Both the position numbers and the translations under genes were made by a program. Below the pieces are notes generated by a model that was given only the letters and a program-made list of their open reading frames with translations, made no database searches and was not told the origin of the DNA. Positions 52,806-61,910 of a stretch of DNA of 64,000 bases are shown one piece after another. The stretch's first letter is position 1; each line of letters opens with the position of its first letter. This DNA comes from Candidatus Dormiibacterota bacterium (GTDB lineage Bacteria > Chloroflexota > Limnocylindria > Limnocylindrales > CSP1-4), in contig DASQIK010000066.1 of NCBI GenBank assembly GCA_035631615.1, positions 15,852-79,851 on the forward strand, in the 5' to 3' direction.

Positions 52806-53665
52806 GATCGCGGATAGGTGTGGAACCCACGGCCGGTCTTCTGGCCGAGGTGGCCCTCCTCGACGAGGCGCTCGAGAATCGCCGGTGGCCTGACGTGCTC
52901 GCCCCCGATGCCGTCATAGAGCACGTTCATGACGCCGAGGCAGACGTCGAGCCCGATGAAGTCGGCGAGCTCGAGGGGGCCCATCGGATGGTTCAGCCCG
53001 ACCCGCGCTCCCGTGTCGATGTCATCGGCGGTGCCGGTTCCCTCCTCGAGGGTGCGCATCGCCTCGGCGAGGAGCGGCATGAGGATCCGGTTGACGATGA
53101 ACCCAGGCCGGTCCGCGGAGACGATGAGCTTCTTGCCGAGCTCGTCGGTGAGCTCGCGGATCGCGGCCTCGGTGGCATCTGACGTGGCACTGCCTCGGAT
53201 CAGCTCGACGAGCGGCATCACCGGCACCGGGCTGAAGAAGTGCATGCCCACGAACCGTTCGCGTCGCGCGGGCGACACGGCCTCGGCCAGCCGGTCGATC
53301 GAGATCGAGCTCGTGTTCGAGGCGAAGATCGTCGCCTCCGGGGCGCGCTCGTCGAGCCTCGACCACAGCCCGCGCTTGACCTCGAGATCCTCGAACACCG
53401 CCTCGACGACGAGGTCTGCCGATCGCACCAGCTCGATGTCGTCGGTGGCCAGGACCCGTCCCACGATCGCGTCGCGCTGGTCCGAGTCGAGCTTGCCCTT
53501 CGCCACCGCCCGATCGAGGTTGCCGGCGATCCGCTCGCGCCCGGCCTGCGCTCGAGCGAGGTCTGGCTCGTACAGCGTGACGTGCTTGCCGATGGCGGCA
53601 TGGACCTGTCCGATGCCGTGGCCCATGAGGCCGGCACCTGCGACGAAGACTCGGTCGATGGGCAT
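52802..53665 (-). CDS. 3-hydroxyacyl/3-hydroxybutyryl-CoA dehydrogenase
   Basis: 287 aa. VFVAGAGLMGHGI, SNTSSI, HFFSPVPVMPLVE, PGFIVNRIL. 4-nt overlap with the ACAD gene. Confidence 0.9.
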   Translation of the reverse strand: MPIDRVFVAGAGLMGHGIGQVHAAIGKHVTLYEPDLARAQAGRERIAGNLDRAVAKGKLDSDQRDAIVGRVLATDDIELVRSADLVVEAVFEDLEVKRGLWSRLDERAPEATIFASNTSSISIDRLAEAVSPARRERFVGMHFFSPVPVMPLVELIRGSATSDATEAAIRELTDELGKKLIVSADRPGFIVNRILMPLLAEAMRTLEEGTGTADDIDTGARVGLNHPMGPLELADFIGLDVCLGVMNVLYDGIGGEHVRPPAILERLVEEGHLGQKTGRGFHTYPRS

Positions 53666-53718
53666 CGCGGAAAAGCCTAGCCCGCGGGCCGCGCGGTCGC
53701 CATGCCCTGATCCCGAAG

Positions 53719-54753
53719 CTACCGCCGCCGAGGGGTTTCGAGGTGGATCCCGGCGAGCAGCTGATCAGCGGCGGCGAAGGGATCCAGCTCGTGGGCGGCA
53801 ACCTGCCGGATCGTCGCGTCGGTGGCTGCGCGGTTCGCGGGGACGTGCAGCTCGGCGCGGAGGCGGTCGGCGAGGATTGCCCAGACCTGGGCTTCCGCGC
53901 GCGCGAGTCGCGCCGGCGTGTCGCCCGTCCCGCGGCCGCGCGCGCGATGCCGGTCCAGGGACTGGAGCAGCTCCGGGATGCCCGCGCCGGTCGTGGCGGT
54001 GGTGAGGAGGACCTCGGGCTCCTTCGGGCGCGGGCGATCGGCGTGACTGGCGCCGCCGACGCGCCCAACCGCGACCAGCATCGCTCGCAGCTGCGATGCC
54101 GTTCGCTGGGCGCCCGGCCGGTCGCCCTTGTTGACGACGACGATGTCGGCGACCTCGAGCAGGCCCGCCTTGATCGCCTGGACCTCGTCGCCCATCTCGG
54201 GCGCCTCGAGCACGACGGTGGTGTCGGCGGCCGCAGCGACCTCGACCTCGGACTGGCCGGTGCCGACGGTCTCGAGCAGGATCAGGTCGAAGCCGGCGGC
54301 ATCGAGGACCGCCGCGGCGGCGGTCGAGGTCGAGGCCAGCCCGCCGGCGTGCCCGCGGGCGGCCATGGAGCGGATGAAGACGTCGCGGTCCGTCGCGTAC
54401 GACTGCATCCGTACGCGGTCACCGAGCAGCGCGCCGCCGGTGATCGGGCTGGACGGATCGACGGCCACGACGGCGACGGCGCGCCCGGCCGCGCGCGCGA
54501 GGCCGATCAGCGCTGCGACGAGCGTGGACTTGCCGGCGCCGGGTGGCCCGGTGATCCCGACGAGGTGTGCGCGGCCCGCCTGCGGGTAGAGGCGCCGGAG
54601 GGCGACCTCCGCCACGGCTGTGCGATTCTCCACTGCCGTCAGGATCCGGGCGAGCGCCCGCCGATCCCCCGCGAGCGCCGCATCGACGAGCGCGTTCGCG
54701 TCCGCGGCCACCTCAGTCGCGGGGTCGGGCGTGGGCCCTGAGGTAGTCGGCAA
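53719..54753 (-). CDS. meaB: methylmalonyl-CoA-mutase-associated GTPase (MeaB/ArgK)
   Basis: [46 protein letters not shown]. An alternative GTG start at 54711 would remove the 41-nt overlap with the upstream gene. Confidence 0.85.
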   Translation of the reverse strand: MPTTSGPTPDPATEVAADANALVDAALAGDRRALARILTAVENRTAVAEVALRRLYPQAGRAHLVGITGPPGAGKSTLVAALIGLARAAGRAVAVVAVDPSSPITGGALLGDRVRMQSYATDRDVFIRSMAARGHAGGLASTSTAAAAVLDAAGFDLILLETVGTGQSEVEVAAAADTTVVLEAPEMGDEVQAIKAGLLEVADIVVVNKGDRPGAQRTASQLRAMLVAVGRVGGASHADRPRPKEPEVLLTTATTGAGIPELLQSLDRHRARGRGTGDTPARLARAEAQVWAILADRLRAELHVPANRAATDATIRQVAAHELDPFAAADQLLAGIHLETPRRR

Positions 54754-55117
54754 CCTCGGCGATCGTGGTCCCGGGCCCGAACGTCTCCGCCACCCCGACC
54801 TTCTTGAGCTCCGTGACGTCGTCGTCCGGGATGATCCCGCCGACCACGACCAGCACGTCGTCCATGCCGGCTTCCCTGAGCTTCGCGGTGACCTTCGGCA
54901 CGAGCGTCATGTGCGCGCCCGACAGGATCGACAGCCCGACCACGTCGGCGTCCTCCTGGAGCGCCGCCGTCACGACCATGTCGGGCGTCTGGCGCAGGCC
55001 CGTATAGACGACTTCGAAGCCCTCGTCCCGCAACCCGCGCGCGAGCACCTTCGCGCCGCGATCGTGCCCGTCCAGCCCCGGCTTCGCGATGAGCACCTTC
55101 AGCGGTCGATCGGCCAT
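54713..55117 (-). CDS. acyl-CoA mutase B12-binding small subunit/domain
   Basis: Trimmed to the ATG at 55115-55117. [13 protein letters not shown] (DxHxxG cobalamin motif), [15 protein letters not shown]. Confidence 0.85.
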   Translation of the reverse strand: MADRPLKVLIAKPGLDGHDRGAKVLARGLRDEGFEVVYTGLRQTPDMVVTAALQEDADVVGLSILSGAHMTLVPKVTAKLREAGMDDVLVVVGGIIPDDDVTELKKVGVAETFGPGTTIAEVADYLRAHARPRD

Positions 55118-55200
55118 GGGCGGACTGTACCGCACGCCTGCTCGGTCAAGGGGCATGTCACAGGATCACCAGGTGGCCGACGGTCACGCCGCAGGGACGT

Positions 55201-55656
55201 TCAGCCCACGAGGTCGGCGAGGTGCTCCTCGTAGTGGCCGTACGTGTTGCCGGCGATCATCGCCGCGGCCCAGCCTTCGTGGGCGAGCAATCGATCGTCG
55301 GTGAGCCGTGCGACCGCGCGATGGACGAGCCGATACGAATCGTCGAGCGCGAAGAGGATCTCGCCGGTCGTCCGGCCGATCGCGGCGCGGGCCGCCCGGG
55401 CGTTGATCGCATCGGTCGGCTCGGGCTCGCCGGGCAGCTCGCCTGTCTCGGCCAGCCAGGCAAGCGCCTCGACCGTGCGCTCGTGCCAGGTCGCAACGTG
55501 CCCGAGCATCTGCTTGCGCGTCCAGGAGCCCTGCGCGAGGCGTCGCTCGAGCCCCTGGCTCGGGAGTGCGTGGACTCGTCGGCGGAACGCGGACCAGCCG
55601 TCGTCCATGCGGGCGAGGGTCTCGGCGACGAGGGGCTGCCCGCTGGATTGGTCCAT
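55201..55656 (-). CDS. DinB-fold four-helix-bundle protein
   Basis: 151 aa. WTRKQMLGHVATWHE...GNTYGHYEEH fits the His-triad spacing of DinB/ClbS-like proteins. Confidence 0.6.
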   Translation of the reverse strand: MDQSSGQPLVAETLARMDDGWSAFRRRVHALPSQGLERRLAQGSWTRKQMLGHVATWHERTVEALAWLAETGELPGEPEPTDAINARAARAAIGRTTGEILFALDDSYRLVHRAVARLTDDRLLAHEGWAAAMIAGNTYGHYEEHLADLVG

Positions 55657-55665
55657 GGTCCTCGC

Positions 55666-56394
55666 TCAATCCTCCGGACGGCGCCGCTCGAGGTGGCTGA
55701 AGAACTCGGCGCGGGTGCGGTCGCGCGAACGGAACAGGCCGAGGACCGCTGAGGTGGTCATGATCGTTCCGGGCTTGCGGATGCCGCGCATGATCGCGCA
55801 CAGGTGGTTCGCCTCGACCACGACGCCGACGCCCTGCGGTGACAGCCGCTCGTTCAGGAAGTCGGCGATCTGCTGCGTCATCCGCTCCTGCACCTGGAGC
55901 CGCCGCGCGTACATCTCGACGATCCGCGGGATCTTCGACAGCCCGATGACGTGGCCCTTCGGGATATACGCCACCGACGCCGTCCCGAAGAATGGCAGCA
56001 GGTGGTGCTCGCACAGCGAGTAGAACGGGATGTCCTTGACGACGACCATCTCCGAGTAGTCGACGTCGAACACGGCGCCGTTGATCAGCCGGTCCGGGTC
56101 GACGTGGTAGCCGGCGGTCAGCTCGGCGTACATCCGATGCACGCGGTCCGGGGTGCCGACGAGGCCCTGCCGATCCGGATCCTCGCCGATCTCGAGGAGG
56201 ATCTCGCGAACCGCCTCCTCGACCGGCCCGGTCGGCGTGTGCAGCGACGGCGTTCCGACGATCGCGCGCGTCCGGTCGTCATCGGTCAGGGCCGGGACAT
56301 CGGCAACGCCGTGCCCGTTCAGGCCGTGTTCCTCGCCGATCTCGGTCTCGATCTCGGACACGAGCTTGCGCACGTGCTCGGGCAGGCTGCTCAT
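55666..56394 (-). CDS. folE: GTP cyclohydrolase I
   Basis: [38 protein letters not shown]. About 50-aa N-terminal extension relative to what I expect. Confidence 0.9.
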   Translation of the reverse strand: MSSLPEHVRKLVSEIETEIGEEHGLNGHGVADVPALTDDDRTRAIVGTPSLHTPTGPVEEAVREILLEIGEDPDRQGLVGTPDRVHRMYAELTAGYHVDPDRLINGAVFDVDYSEMVVVKDIPFYSLCEHHLLPFFGTASVAYIPKGHVIGLSKIPRIVEMYARRLQVQERMTQQIADFLNERLSPQGVGVVVEANHLCAIMRGIRKPGTIMTTSAVLGLFRSRDRTRAEFFSHLERRRPED

Positions 56395-56412
56395 GGCCCG
56401 GGGATGGTACGC

Positions 56413-57504
56413 CTAGGCGAGAGACTGGACCCCGCTGGCGGGTGGTCGGCGGGCTGCGCCACGGAGCCAGGCGCCGGCGTTCCGGCCGAGGTCGCCGACG
56501 TGGTAGCCGCCCTCCTGGAGGATCACGAGACGGCGGCCGAGGGCGGCGACGCGACGGCCCATCTCGTGATAGCCCGCGGTCGTGAGGGCGAGATCGCCGA
56601 TCGGATCGTGCTCGTACGTGTCGAAGCCGAGCGAGACGACGACGATCGATCCGGGTGCAGAGCCGATCCAGTCGAGCGCACGGTCGAGGTCGGCGATGTA
56701 GGTCGGGTCGTCGGCACGAAGCGGCTGCGGAAGGTTGAGGTTCGCGCCGAGCCCAGCGCCTTCGCCAATCTCGTCGGCATGGCCCAGGAAGAACGGGTAC
56801 AGGCGCCGTGGGTCCGAGTGGAGCGACGCGTATCGAACGTCCTCGCGGCGCCAGAAGATCTGCTGCGTGCCGTTGCCGTGGTGGACGTCGACGTCGAGGA
56901 TCGCGACGCGCTCGCCGGTCCGCTCGACGATCGACTGCGCCGCGATCGCCGCGTTGTTGAAGAAGCAGTAGCCGCCGGCCATCGCGGCCGCTGCGTGATG
57001 GCCGGGCGGACGACACAGCCCATACGCCACCGTCTCGCCCCCGAGGACCAGGTCCGCCGTGGTCAGGGCGACGTCCACCGCGCCGCGTGCCGCGTCGTAG
57101 CTCCCGGCGACGAGCGGGTTCGACGAGTCGAGGCCCCACCAGCCCACCCGACCGCCGATCGCCGCCGGCTCGGGGCGGGCGGCGATCAACCCGTCGCTCA
57201 TGCCGGCGAACATCGCGCGAGTCGGGTACGTGTCGGCCACGAGGAAGTCGCGGTCGATCTGCTGACGCTCCACCTCCGGCCAGGCCGACTCGAGGAAGCG
57301 CAGCAGGCCGGAATCGTGTACGGCAAGGATCGGCTCCGTCCCGTGCTCGCTCGGTGGGACGATCTCGAAGCCGCCGTCCGCGGCGAGCGCGGCAAGAATC
57401 GAATCGGCTCGCGCGGGCACCTCGTTGGCGGGTACCGGCAGCCCGAGGTAGGTCTCGACCTGCGGATCGTGGGCTCGGTGGCGCTCGGTGTGGACGACCT
57501 TCAC
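56413..57504 (-). CDS. histone deacetylase-family (acetoin utilisation/acetylpolyamine amidohydrolase-like) enzyme
   Basis: 363 aa. RPPGHHA, AILDVDVHHGNGTQ, SLGFDTYEHDP. Confidence 0.85.
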   Translation of the reverse strand: MKVVHTERHRAHDPQVETYLGLPVPANEVPARADSILAALAADGGFEIVPPSEHGTEPILAVHDSGLLRFLESAWPEVERQQIDRDFLVADTYPTRAMFAGMSDGLIAARPEPAAIGGRVGWWGLDSSNPLVAGSYDAARGAVDVALTTADLVLGGETVAYGLCRPPGHHAAAAMAGGYCFFNNAAIAAQSIVERTGERVAILDVDVHHGNGTQQIFWRREDVRYASLHSDPRRLYPFFLGHADEIGEGAGLGANLNLPQPLRADDPTYIADLDRALDWIGSAPGSIVVVSLGFDTYEHDPIGDLALTTAGYHEMGRRVAALGRRLVILQEGGYHVGDLGRNAGAWLRGAARRPPASGVQSLA

Positions 57505-57544
57505 CCGCGGATCGTACCGGCCCTGCCGGGTCTACGATCCGGCG

Positions 57545-57958
57545 ATGCCAAAGCGCCCGCGCGGCTCACCTCGGGGGATCGCTCGCGCCCGTGCCCGCGC
57601 GGCTGCGTTCGAGGCGCTCGTCGATCGGGCGGTGGCAGCAATCCCGGCGCCGTACCGGGAGGCGCTCGCCGAGGTCGCGATCCTGGTCGAGGACGAGCCC
57701 ACCCGCGAGCAGCTCCTCGACAACGGCCTCGAGCCGTGGGATTCGATGTACGGTCTGTACGAGGGCGTCCCGCGCACCGAGTACGGGGCGGACTGGGTCG
57801 CCGCCCCGAACAGGATCACCCTCTTCCGGAGGCCCCTCGAGGACGATTTTCCCGATGCTGCCGAGCTCAAGGCGGAGGTCCGGCGCACGGTCTTGCACGA
57901 GCTCGCGCACCACCTCGGCATCGACGACGACCGCCTCGACGAGCTCGGCGCGGGGTAG
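57545..57958 (+). CDS. zincin-like metallopeptidase-fold protein (DUF1025-like)
   Basis: ATG at 57545 within ORF 57488..57958. Motifs ILVEDEP, GLYEG and RTVLHELAHHLGIDD (HExxH). Confidence 0.7.
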   Translation: MPKRPRGSPRGIARARARAAAFEALVDRAVAAIPAPYREALAEVAILVEDEPTREQLLDNGLEPWDSMYGLYEGVPRTEYGADWVAAPNRITLFRRPLEDDFPDAAELKAEVRRTVLHELAHHLGIDDDRLDELGAG

Positions 57959-57990
57959 CGACAGCGCTCGGCGCCGCCGCGCCGGCGACG

Positions 57991-59883
57991 CTACTTGAAC
58001 GAGGAGAAGTAGTACACCGGTGGGGCGGCGATCGGCAGCAATGGAAGCTGCGCGGAGGAGCGCAGCTCGTCATGGCTCGCGCTGGCCGGCGGCAGGTCGT
58101 CGGCGGCATGGGCATCCCACTGGACCGGATCCGCGGGCAGGTCCTGGCTGATCGGCACCAGCGTCAGCAGGTCGTTGCCGATCCAGGCCGATCGACCGTG
58201 CGAGGGGTAGTCGATCCATCGGCCCGCGGCATAGACCCGATCGACGAGCGTGCGGCCATCCGGGGCATCCCGCGTGATGAACGCGTGACTCGCGCCCCCG
58301 TAGCCGTCGGCCTCGTCACTCGGCGCCCGCGGGAAGCCGGGCAGCGCGAGCATCGGGCCCCACTCCTGCCGCTCGTTCCCCTGCAGCGCAGCCGGTGGCC
58401 CGGCCGTGCGCTCGATGAACAGGTAGGCGCCGTCTGACCAGCGGGTCGCGGCCATGCCCGGATCGGGGCAGGTGACGGTCTTCGCGGCGCAGTCGAACAG
58501 GCTGTCGAGCAGCCAGTTGGGCACCTCCGGCAGCACCGCGTAGCCCGCCGACGTGATGTCGATCGACGGCAGGCTTCGACCCACGCCATCGCTTGCCGGA
58601 TCGTCGACGGTGACGGATTCGCCCTCGGGGCTCAGCGCCACGCCGTTGTCCTGCGCGGCCGCGCTCACGATGCCGAGCAGCGGGCTCGCCTTGCGGAGCT
58701 GGAAGCCGACGATCGACGGCAGCTCGATGCCGGCGACGATCAGCAGGCCGATCATCGCCACCGCCATCGGCAGGCTCACCCAGCGGAACCGCCGCGGCCG
58801 GACGCCAGTCGCGCTCCGGGCATGATCGAGGCCAGCGGAGTAGTAGGTCAGGCCGAGGAAGCCCGCCACCTGCGGAGCCGCGACGATCGCCGCGATCGTG
58901 AACGTCAGGCTGCCGAACGCGACGACGAACGCCAGGACCAGGATCGAGGCGAGGAGCTGCCCGGCCCCGCCGCCGCCGAAGCCGAGGTGCATGAACGTGC
59001 CGACCCGGTCGGCGGCGTCGAGGCCGGCGCTCAGCGCGAACTGCTGGATGGCCGACGTGACGAGCGTGAAGATCGTCACGGCGAGCGCGATCCGGGGCCG
59101 AACCCGGAAGAGGCGCCACGATCGCCGCAGTGCCTCGACCGCGCCGACGTCGCCCAGGACGATGCTCGTCGATGCGAACGCGAAGGGCGTCACGACCAGC
59201 GCCCCGAGGGCGCTCCCGATGAACGCGATCCCGGTGTTCGGGTTCTCGAGGCTGAAGAACGGCAGGACGACCAGGAGCGAGACGACGTACGACGCGAGCC
59301 AGACGAGCGAACCCGCACCGAGCAGTCGCCAGAAGACCTGCCGGGCACGGATGATCGCCTCCCACAGGTGGAGCGGCCGCTCGGACGCCCGCCCGGCGAG
59401 GAGCGAGATCGCGATCGCCTGGGCATCGATGCCGATGGCGAGGAGCAGCACGATCCCGCCGATCGCGAGCCCGTAGACGAGCAGCAGCGGCCTGAGGAGG
59501 TCCGGCTGCTCGAAGAAGATCAGCGTCGGATCCTTCTGGAGCATCTCGGCAGTGCCTGGATCGCTCAGCAGCCGCCCCAGTCCCAGGAGCACGAGGACGA
59601 CCGCCGGTCCGAAGGCGCCGAGCGACAGGAGCCCGATGTAGATCGAGCCACGGCGGATCGCGGTGCTCGCATCGACCGCCAGCTGGAGCCCGGCGCTCAC
59701 CACCCTCCGGGCCGACGGCAGGTCGTAGGCCCGGGTCCACGTCGGGGCCAGCGGCGGCTCGGGCACTCGATAGGCCGCGAACGGCAGGTAGGCCGGTTGT
59801 CGTGCCGGAGCGGGTCGTGGAGCCGGGTCGGCTCCCGGCATGTCGGGCAGCCCGGCCTCCGGATCGAGCATGCGGCGGAGCAT
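57991..59883 (-). CDS. large membrane protein: about 7-TM N-terminal region plus about 260-aa extracytoplasmic C-terminal domain (unknown function)
   Basis: ORF 57991..60000 trimmed to the ATG at 59881-59883. Repeated hydrophobic helices, then a soluble Cys-containing domain. Divergent from the ArsR-trxA pair. Confidence 0.7.
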   Translation of the reverse strand: MLRRMLDPEAGLPDMPGADPAPRPAPARQPAYLPFAAYRVPEPPLAPTWTRAYDLPSARRVVSAGLQLAVDASTAIRRGSIYIGLLSLGAFGPAVVLVLLGLGRLLSDPGTAEMLQKDPTLIFFEQPDLLRPLLLVYGLAIGGIVLLLAIGIDAQAIAISLLAGRASERPLHLWEAIIRARQVFWRLLGAGSLVWLASYVVSLLVVLPFFSLENPNTGIAFIGSALGALVVTPFAFASTSIVLGDVGAVEALRRSWRLFRVRPRIALAVTIFTLVTSAIQQFALSAGLDAADRVGTFMHLGFGGGGAGQLLASILVLAFVVAFGSLTFTIAAIVAAPQVAGFLGLTYYSAGLDHARSATGVRPRRFRWVSLPMAVAMIGLLIVAGIELPSIVGFQLRKASPLLGIVSAAAQDNGVALSPEGESVTVDDPASDGVGRSLPSIDITSAGYAVLPEVPNWLLDSLFDCAAKTVTCPDPGMAATRWSDGAYLFIERTAGPPAALQGNERQEWGPMLALPGFPRAPSDEADGYGGASHAFITRDAPDGRTLVDRVYAAGRWIDYPSHGRSAWIGNDLLTLVPISQDLPADPVQWDAHAADDLPPASASHDELRSSAQLPLLPIAAPPVYYFSSFK

Positions 59884-59956
59884 ACAGTCGGCCCCGTGGC
59901 GCCCGGGACCTGCAGAAGTACGGGTGCACTTGCGAAATTGCGCAAGTGGTGACATC

Positions 59957-60283
59957 ATGCAGTCGATGGCAATCGAGCTTCCCGCCTCCCCGGCGGCCAC
60001 CGCCAGCCGCGAGTCGGACTACGAACGGACGGCCATCGTCGGCCGCGCCCTCGCAGACCCGAAGCGCCTGTGCGTGCTCGAGTCGCTCGCCGTCGGTGAG
60101 CTGTCGGTCAGCGAGCTGGCCGGCCGCGTCGCCTGTCAGGTGCCGAACATGAGCCAGCACCTGGCCGTCCTCCGCTCCGCGGGTCTCGTGACCACGCGTC
60201 GAGAGGGCAGCACCGTGTTCTACCGCCTCACGGACCCGCGCGTCCTCGAGGCCTACCAGCTGCTCCAGTCGATCGCCCGCTGA
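59957..60283 (+). CDS. ArsR/SmtB-family transcriptional regulator
   Basis: ATG at 59957. LADPKRLCVLESLAVGELSVSELAGRVACQVPNMSQHLAVLRSAGLVTTRREG..VFYRL. Confidence 0.85.
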   Translation: MQSMAIELPASPAATASRESDYERTAIVGRALADPKRLCVLESLAVGELSVSELAGRVACQVPNMSQHLAVLRSAGLVTTRREGSTVFYRLTDPRVLEAYQLLQSIAR

Positions 60284-60303
60284 GCGGGAGAAAGGATCAC
60301 CCG

Positions 60304-60693
60304 ATGGCGATCAAAGTTGCCACCGACGCCACCTTCGAAGCCGAAGTCCTCCAGAACGACAGGCCCGTCGTGGTCGACTTCTGGGCCGCCTGGTGCGGGC
60401 CGTGCAAGCTCGTCGCCCCGGAGATGGAGAAGCTCGCCGCCAAGTACGAGGGCTCGATCGACATCGTGAAGGTCGACGTCGACGCCAACCCCGGCCTGTC
60501 GCGCGCGTTCAACATCATGTCGATCCCGACCATCGCGTTCTTCGCGCCCGGCAAGCAGCCGATGGGCGTCGTCGGGTTCCGACCCGCCGAGCAGCTCGAG
60601 GCCCAGTTTCAGCTCGCCTCCTACCCCAGGATCGACGCCGCAGCGGCGGCCACGGACGCCGCCGCTCCGACCGCCGCGAGCGACGCCGCCTGA
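60304..60693 (+). CDS. trxA: thioredoxin
   Basis: VVVDFWAAWCGPCK active site and SIPT cis-Pro loop. Ala-rich C-terminal tail. Confidence 0.9.
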   Translation: MAIKVATDATFEAEVLQNDRPVVVDFWAAWCGPCKLVAPEMEKLAAKYEGSIDIVKVDVDANPGLSRAFNIMSIPTIAFFAPGKQPMGVVGFRPAEQLEAQFQLASYPRIDAAAAATDAAAPTAASDAA

Positions 60694-60820
60694 CCTTCCG
60701 CGCTCCTCCAAGAGCCCAGGAGCCCGCCCTGCCCAGGGTGGGCTCCTGGATTCCGGGCGCAGCCAGCGGCGCTGCGCGCGGCCGAGGAGCGGCAGGGGTT
60801 TCCGTGCGGCCCGTGCGCCC

Positions 60821-60989
60821 GATCTTGGCCACTTCGACATCGGCGGACGGTTGCCAAAGATCGAGCGGGTACTGCGCGGTAACGTCGCGGTCATCTGCAG
60901 GGATCTGAGCGTGAATCGAGGCGACGACGGCACCTAGTCGGAGTCGCGAATCTGCCGAACCGTCCCTGGGTGTCGGTTTGGACAAGATC
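60821..60989. repeat. inverted-repeat element, copy 2 (about 169 bp) in a convergent intergenic spacer
   Basis: The left 20 nt CGATCTTGGCCACTTCGACAT are identical to copy 1. Right end GAACCGTCCCTGGGTGTCGGTTTGGACAAGATC is homologous to GAACCGTCCCGGGGCGTCGAAGTGGCCAGAATC at 9854-9886. The arms pair imperfectly. Confidence 0.7.
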
Positions 60990-61023
60990 TCGCCGCGAAC
61001 AGCCTCTGCGCGGCTGTCGCGAC

Positions 61024-61401
61024 TCAGCCAGCGGCGCGGCGGTAGGCGAGGTCGAACCAGGCGGTGAGGCGGTCGACGGCGTGACCGTCGAGCTCGCGCG
61101 GATTGAAGCGGACCCAATCCGCGCCGCGCGGCGAGGGCGCGGTGTCGGGCGTGCGGATTGCCGCGGCCGCGATCGCTGGATCGAGGCGGAGCTCGATGCC
61201 GTCAGCGCCGAGCGCGGCAAAGAGGTGGCCACCTCGGGACCACGTGGTTCCCGCGGGAGTCGCCGCCGAGCCAATGCCCGCGGGGGTCGCGGCAGCGCCC
61301 GCTTCCCCGTCGCCGTTGCCGGCACTGGCCGCCCGCGACTCGGTTGCGTCGGGGAGCTCGGCGGCCAGCTCGGCGACGAGCACCGCCACGGACGGGATCA
61401 C
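61024..61401 (-). CDS. hypothetical protein
   Basis: C-terminal third of ORF 61024..61740. WSRGGHLFAALGADGIELRLDP...DWVRFNP looks genuinely coding, whereas the upstream part is Ser/Arg/Thr-rich. Start (GTG near 61386-61401) uncertain. Confidence 0.45.
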   Translation of the reverse strand: MIPSVAVLVAELAAELPDATESRAASAGNGDGEAGAAATPAGIGSAATPAGTTWSRGGHLFAALGADGIELRLDPAIAAAAIRTPDTAPSPRGADWVRFNPRELDGHAVDRLTAWFDLAYRRAAG

Positions 61402-61423
61402 GGGAGCGGGTGCGGCAACCCGG

Positions 61424-61900
61424 TCACGCGGCGAGGTCGAGGATGGCTTCGAGGTCGGCGACATGATCCTCGTAGTGCTCGATCGTGTAGACGTGGAAGA
61501 ACCGGAGGTGGTCTGCGTTCTTGACCCAGCGGGTCTCGGGCACGACGGTGAGGTAGCCGCGGAGCTCGCCGGGGGTCTCGCGGAAGCGGCGACGGACCTC
61601 GGCCAGCGGCAGGTCGCGCCAGGTCGCCTGGATCTCGGCGTTGATCTCGTCGCCGCGTGCGGCGAAGTCGCGCCGCGAGCGCTCCATCGTCGGGCTGCCC
61701 TCCCCGACCGCGAGCTCCCGCGCCGCGTCGAGCGCATCATTGAGCCACGCGACCAGATGCGCCATCACATCCCGGCCGGACCAGTCGTTCGTCTCCGAGA
61801 TCGGACGCTCGAGCTGCTCGTCGGAGAGGGCGTCGAGCGCCTCGAACGGGCGCCACGCCTCGCGCTCCTCCTCGAGGAACTCCAGCGCGTTGAGGTACAC
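61424..61900 (-). CDS. DinB-fold protein
   Basis: 158 aa. WSGRDVMAHLVAWLNDA...YTIEHYEDHVADL fits DinB/mycothiol-transferase-like helix-bundle His spacing. Confidence 0.65.
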   Translation of the reverse strand: MYLNALEFLEEEREAWRPFEALDALSDEQLERPISETNDWSGRDVMAHLVAWLNDALDAARELAVGEGSPTMERSRRDFAARGDEINAEIQATWRDLPLAEVRRRFRETPGELRGYLTVVPETRWVKNADHLRFFHVYTIEHYEDHVADLEAILDLAA

Positions 61901-61910
61901 CAGCTGCGCC

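Noticed and set aside
55951-58437. 828-aa plus-strand ORF, with similar long ORFs at 4488..6731, 1995..3857, 9758..11641 and 14306..15688
   Set aside because: Each overlaps well-supported genes on the other strand or in another frame and has Arg/Pro/Gly-dominated composition. I treat them as GC-content artefacts.
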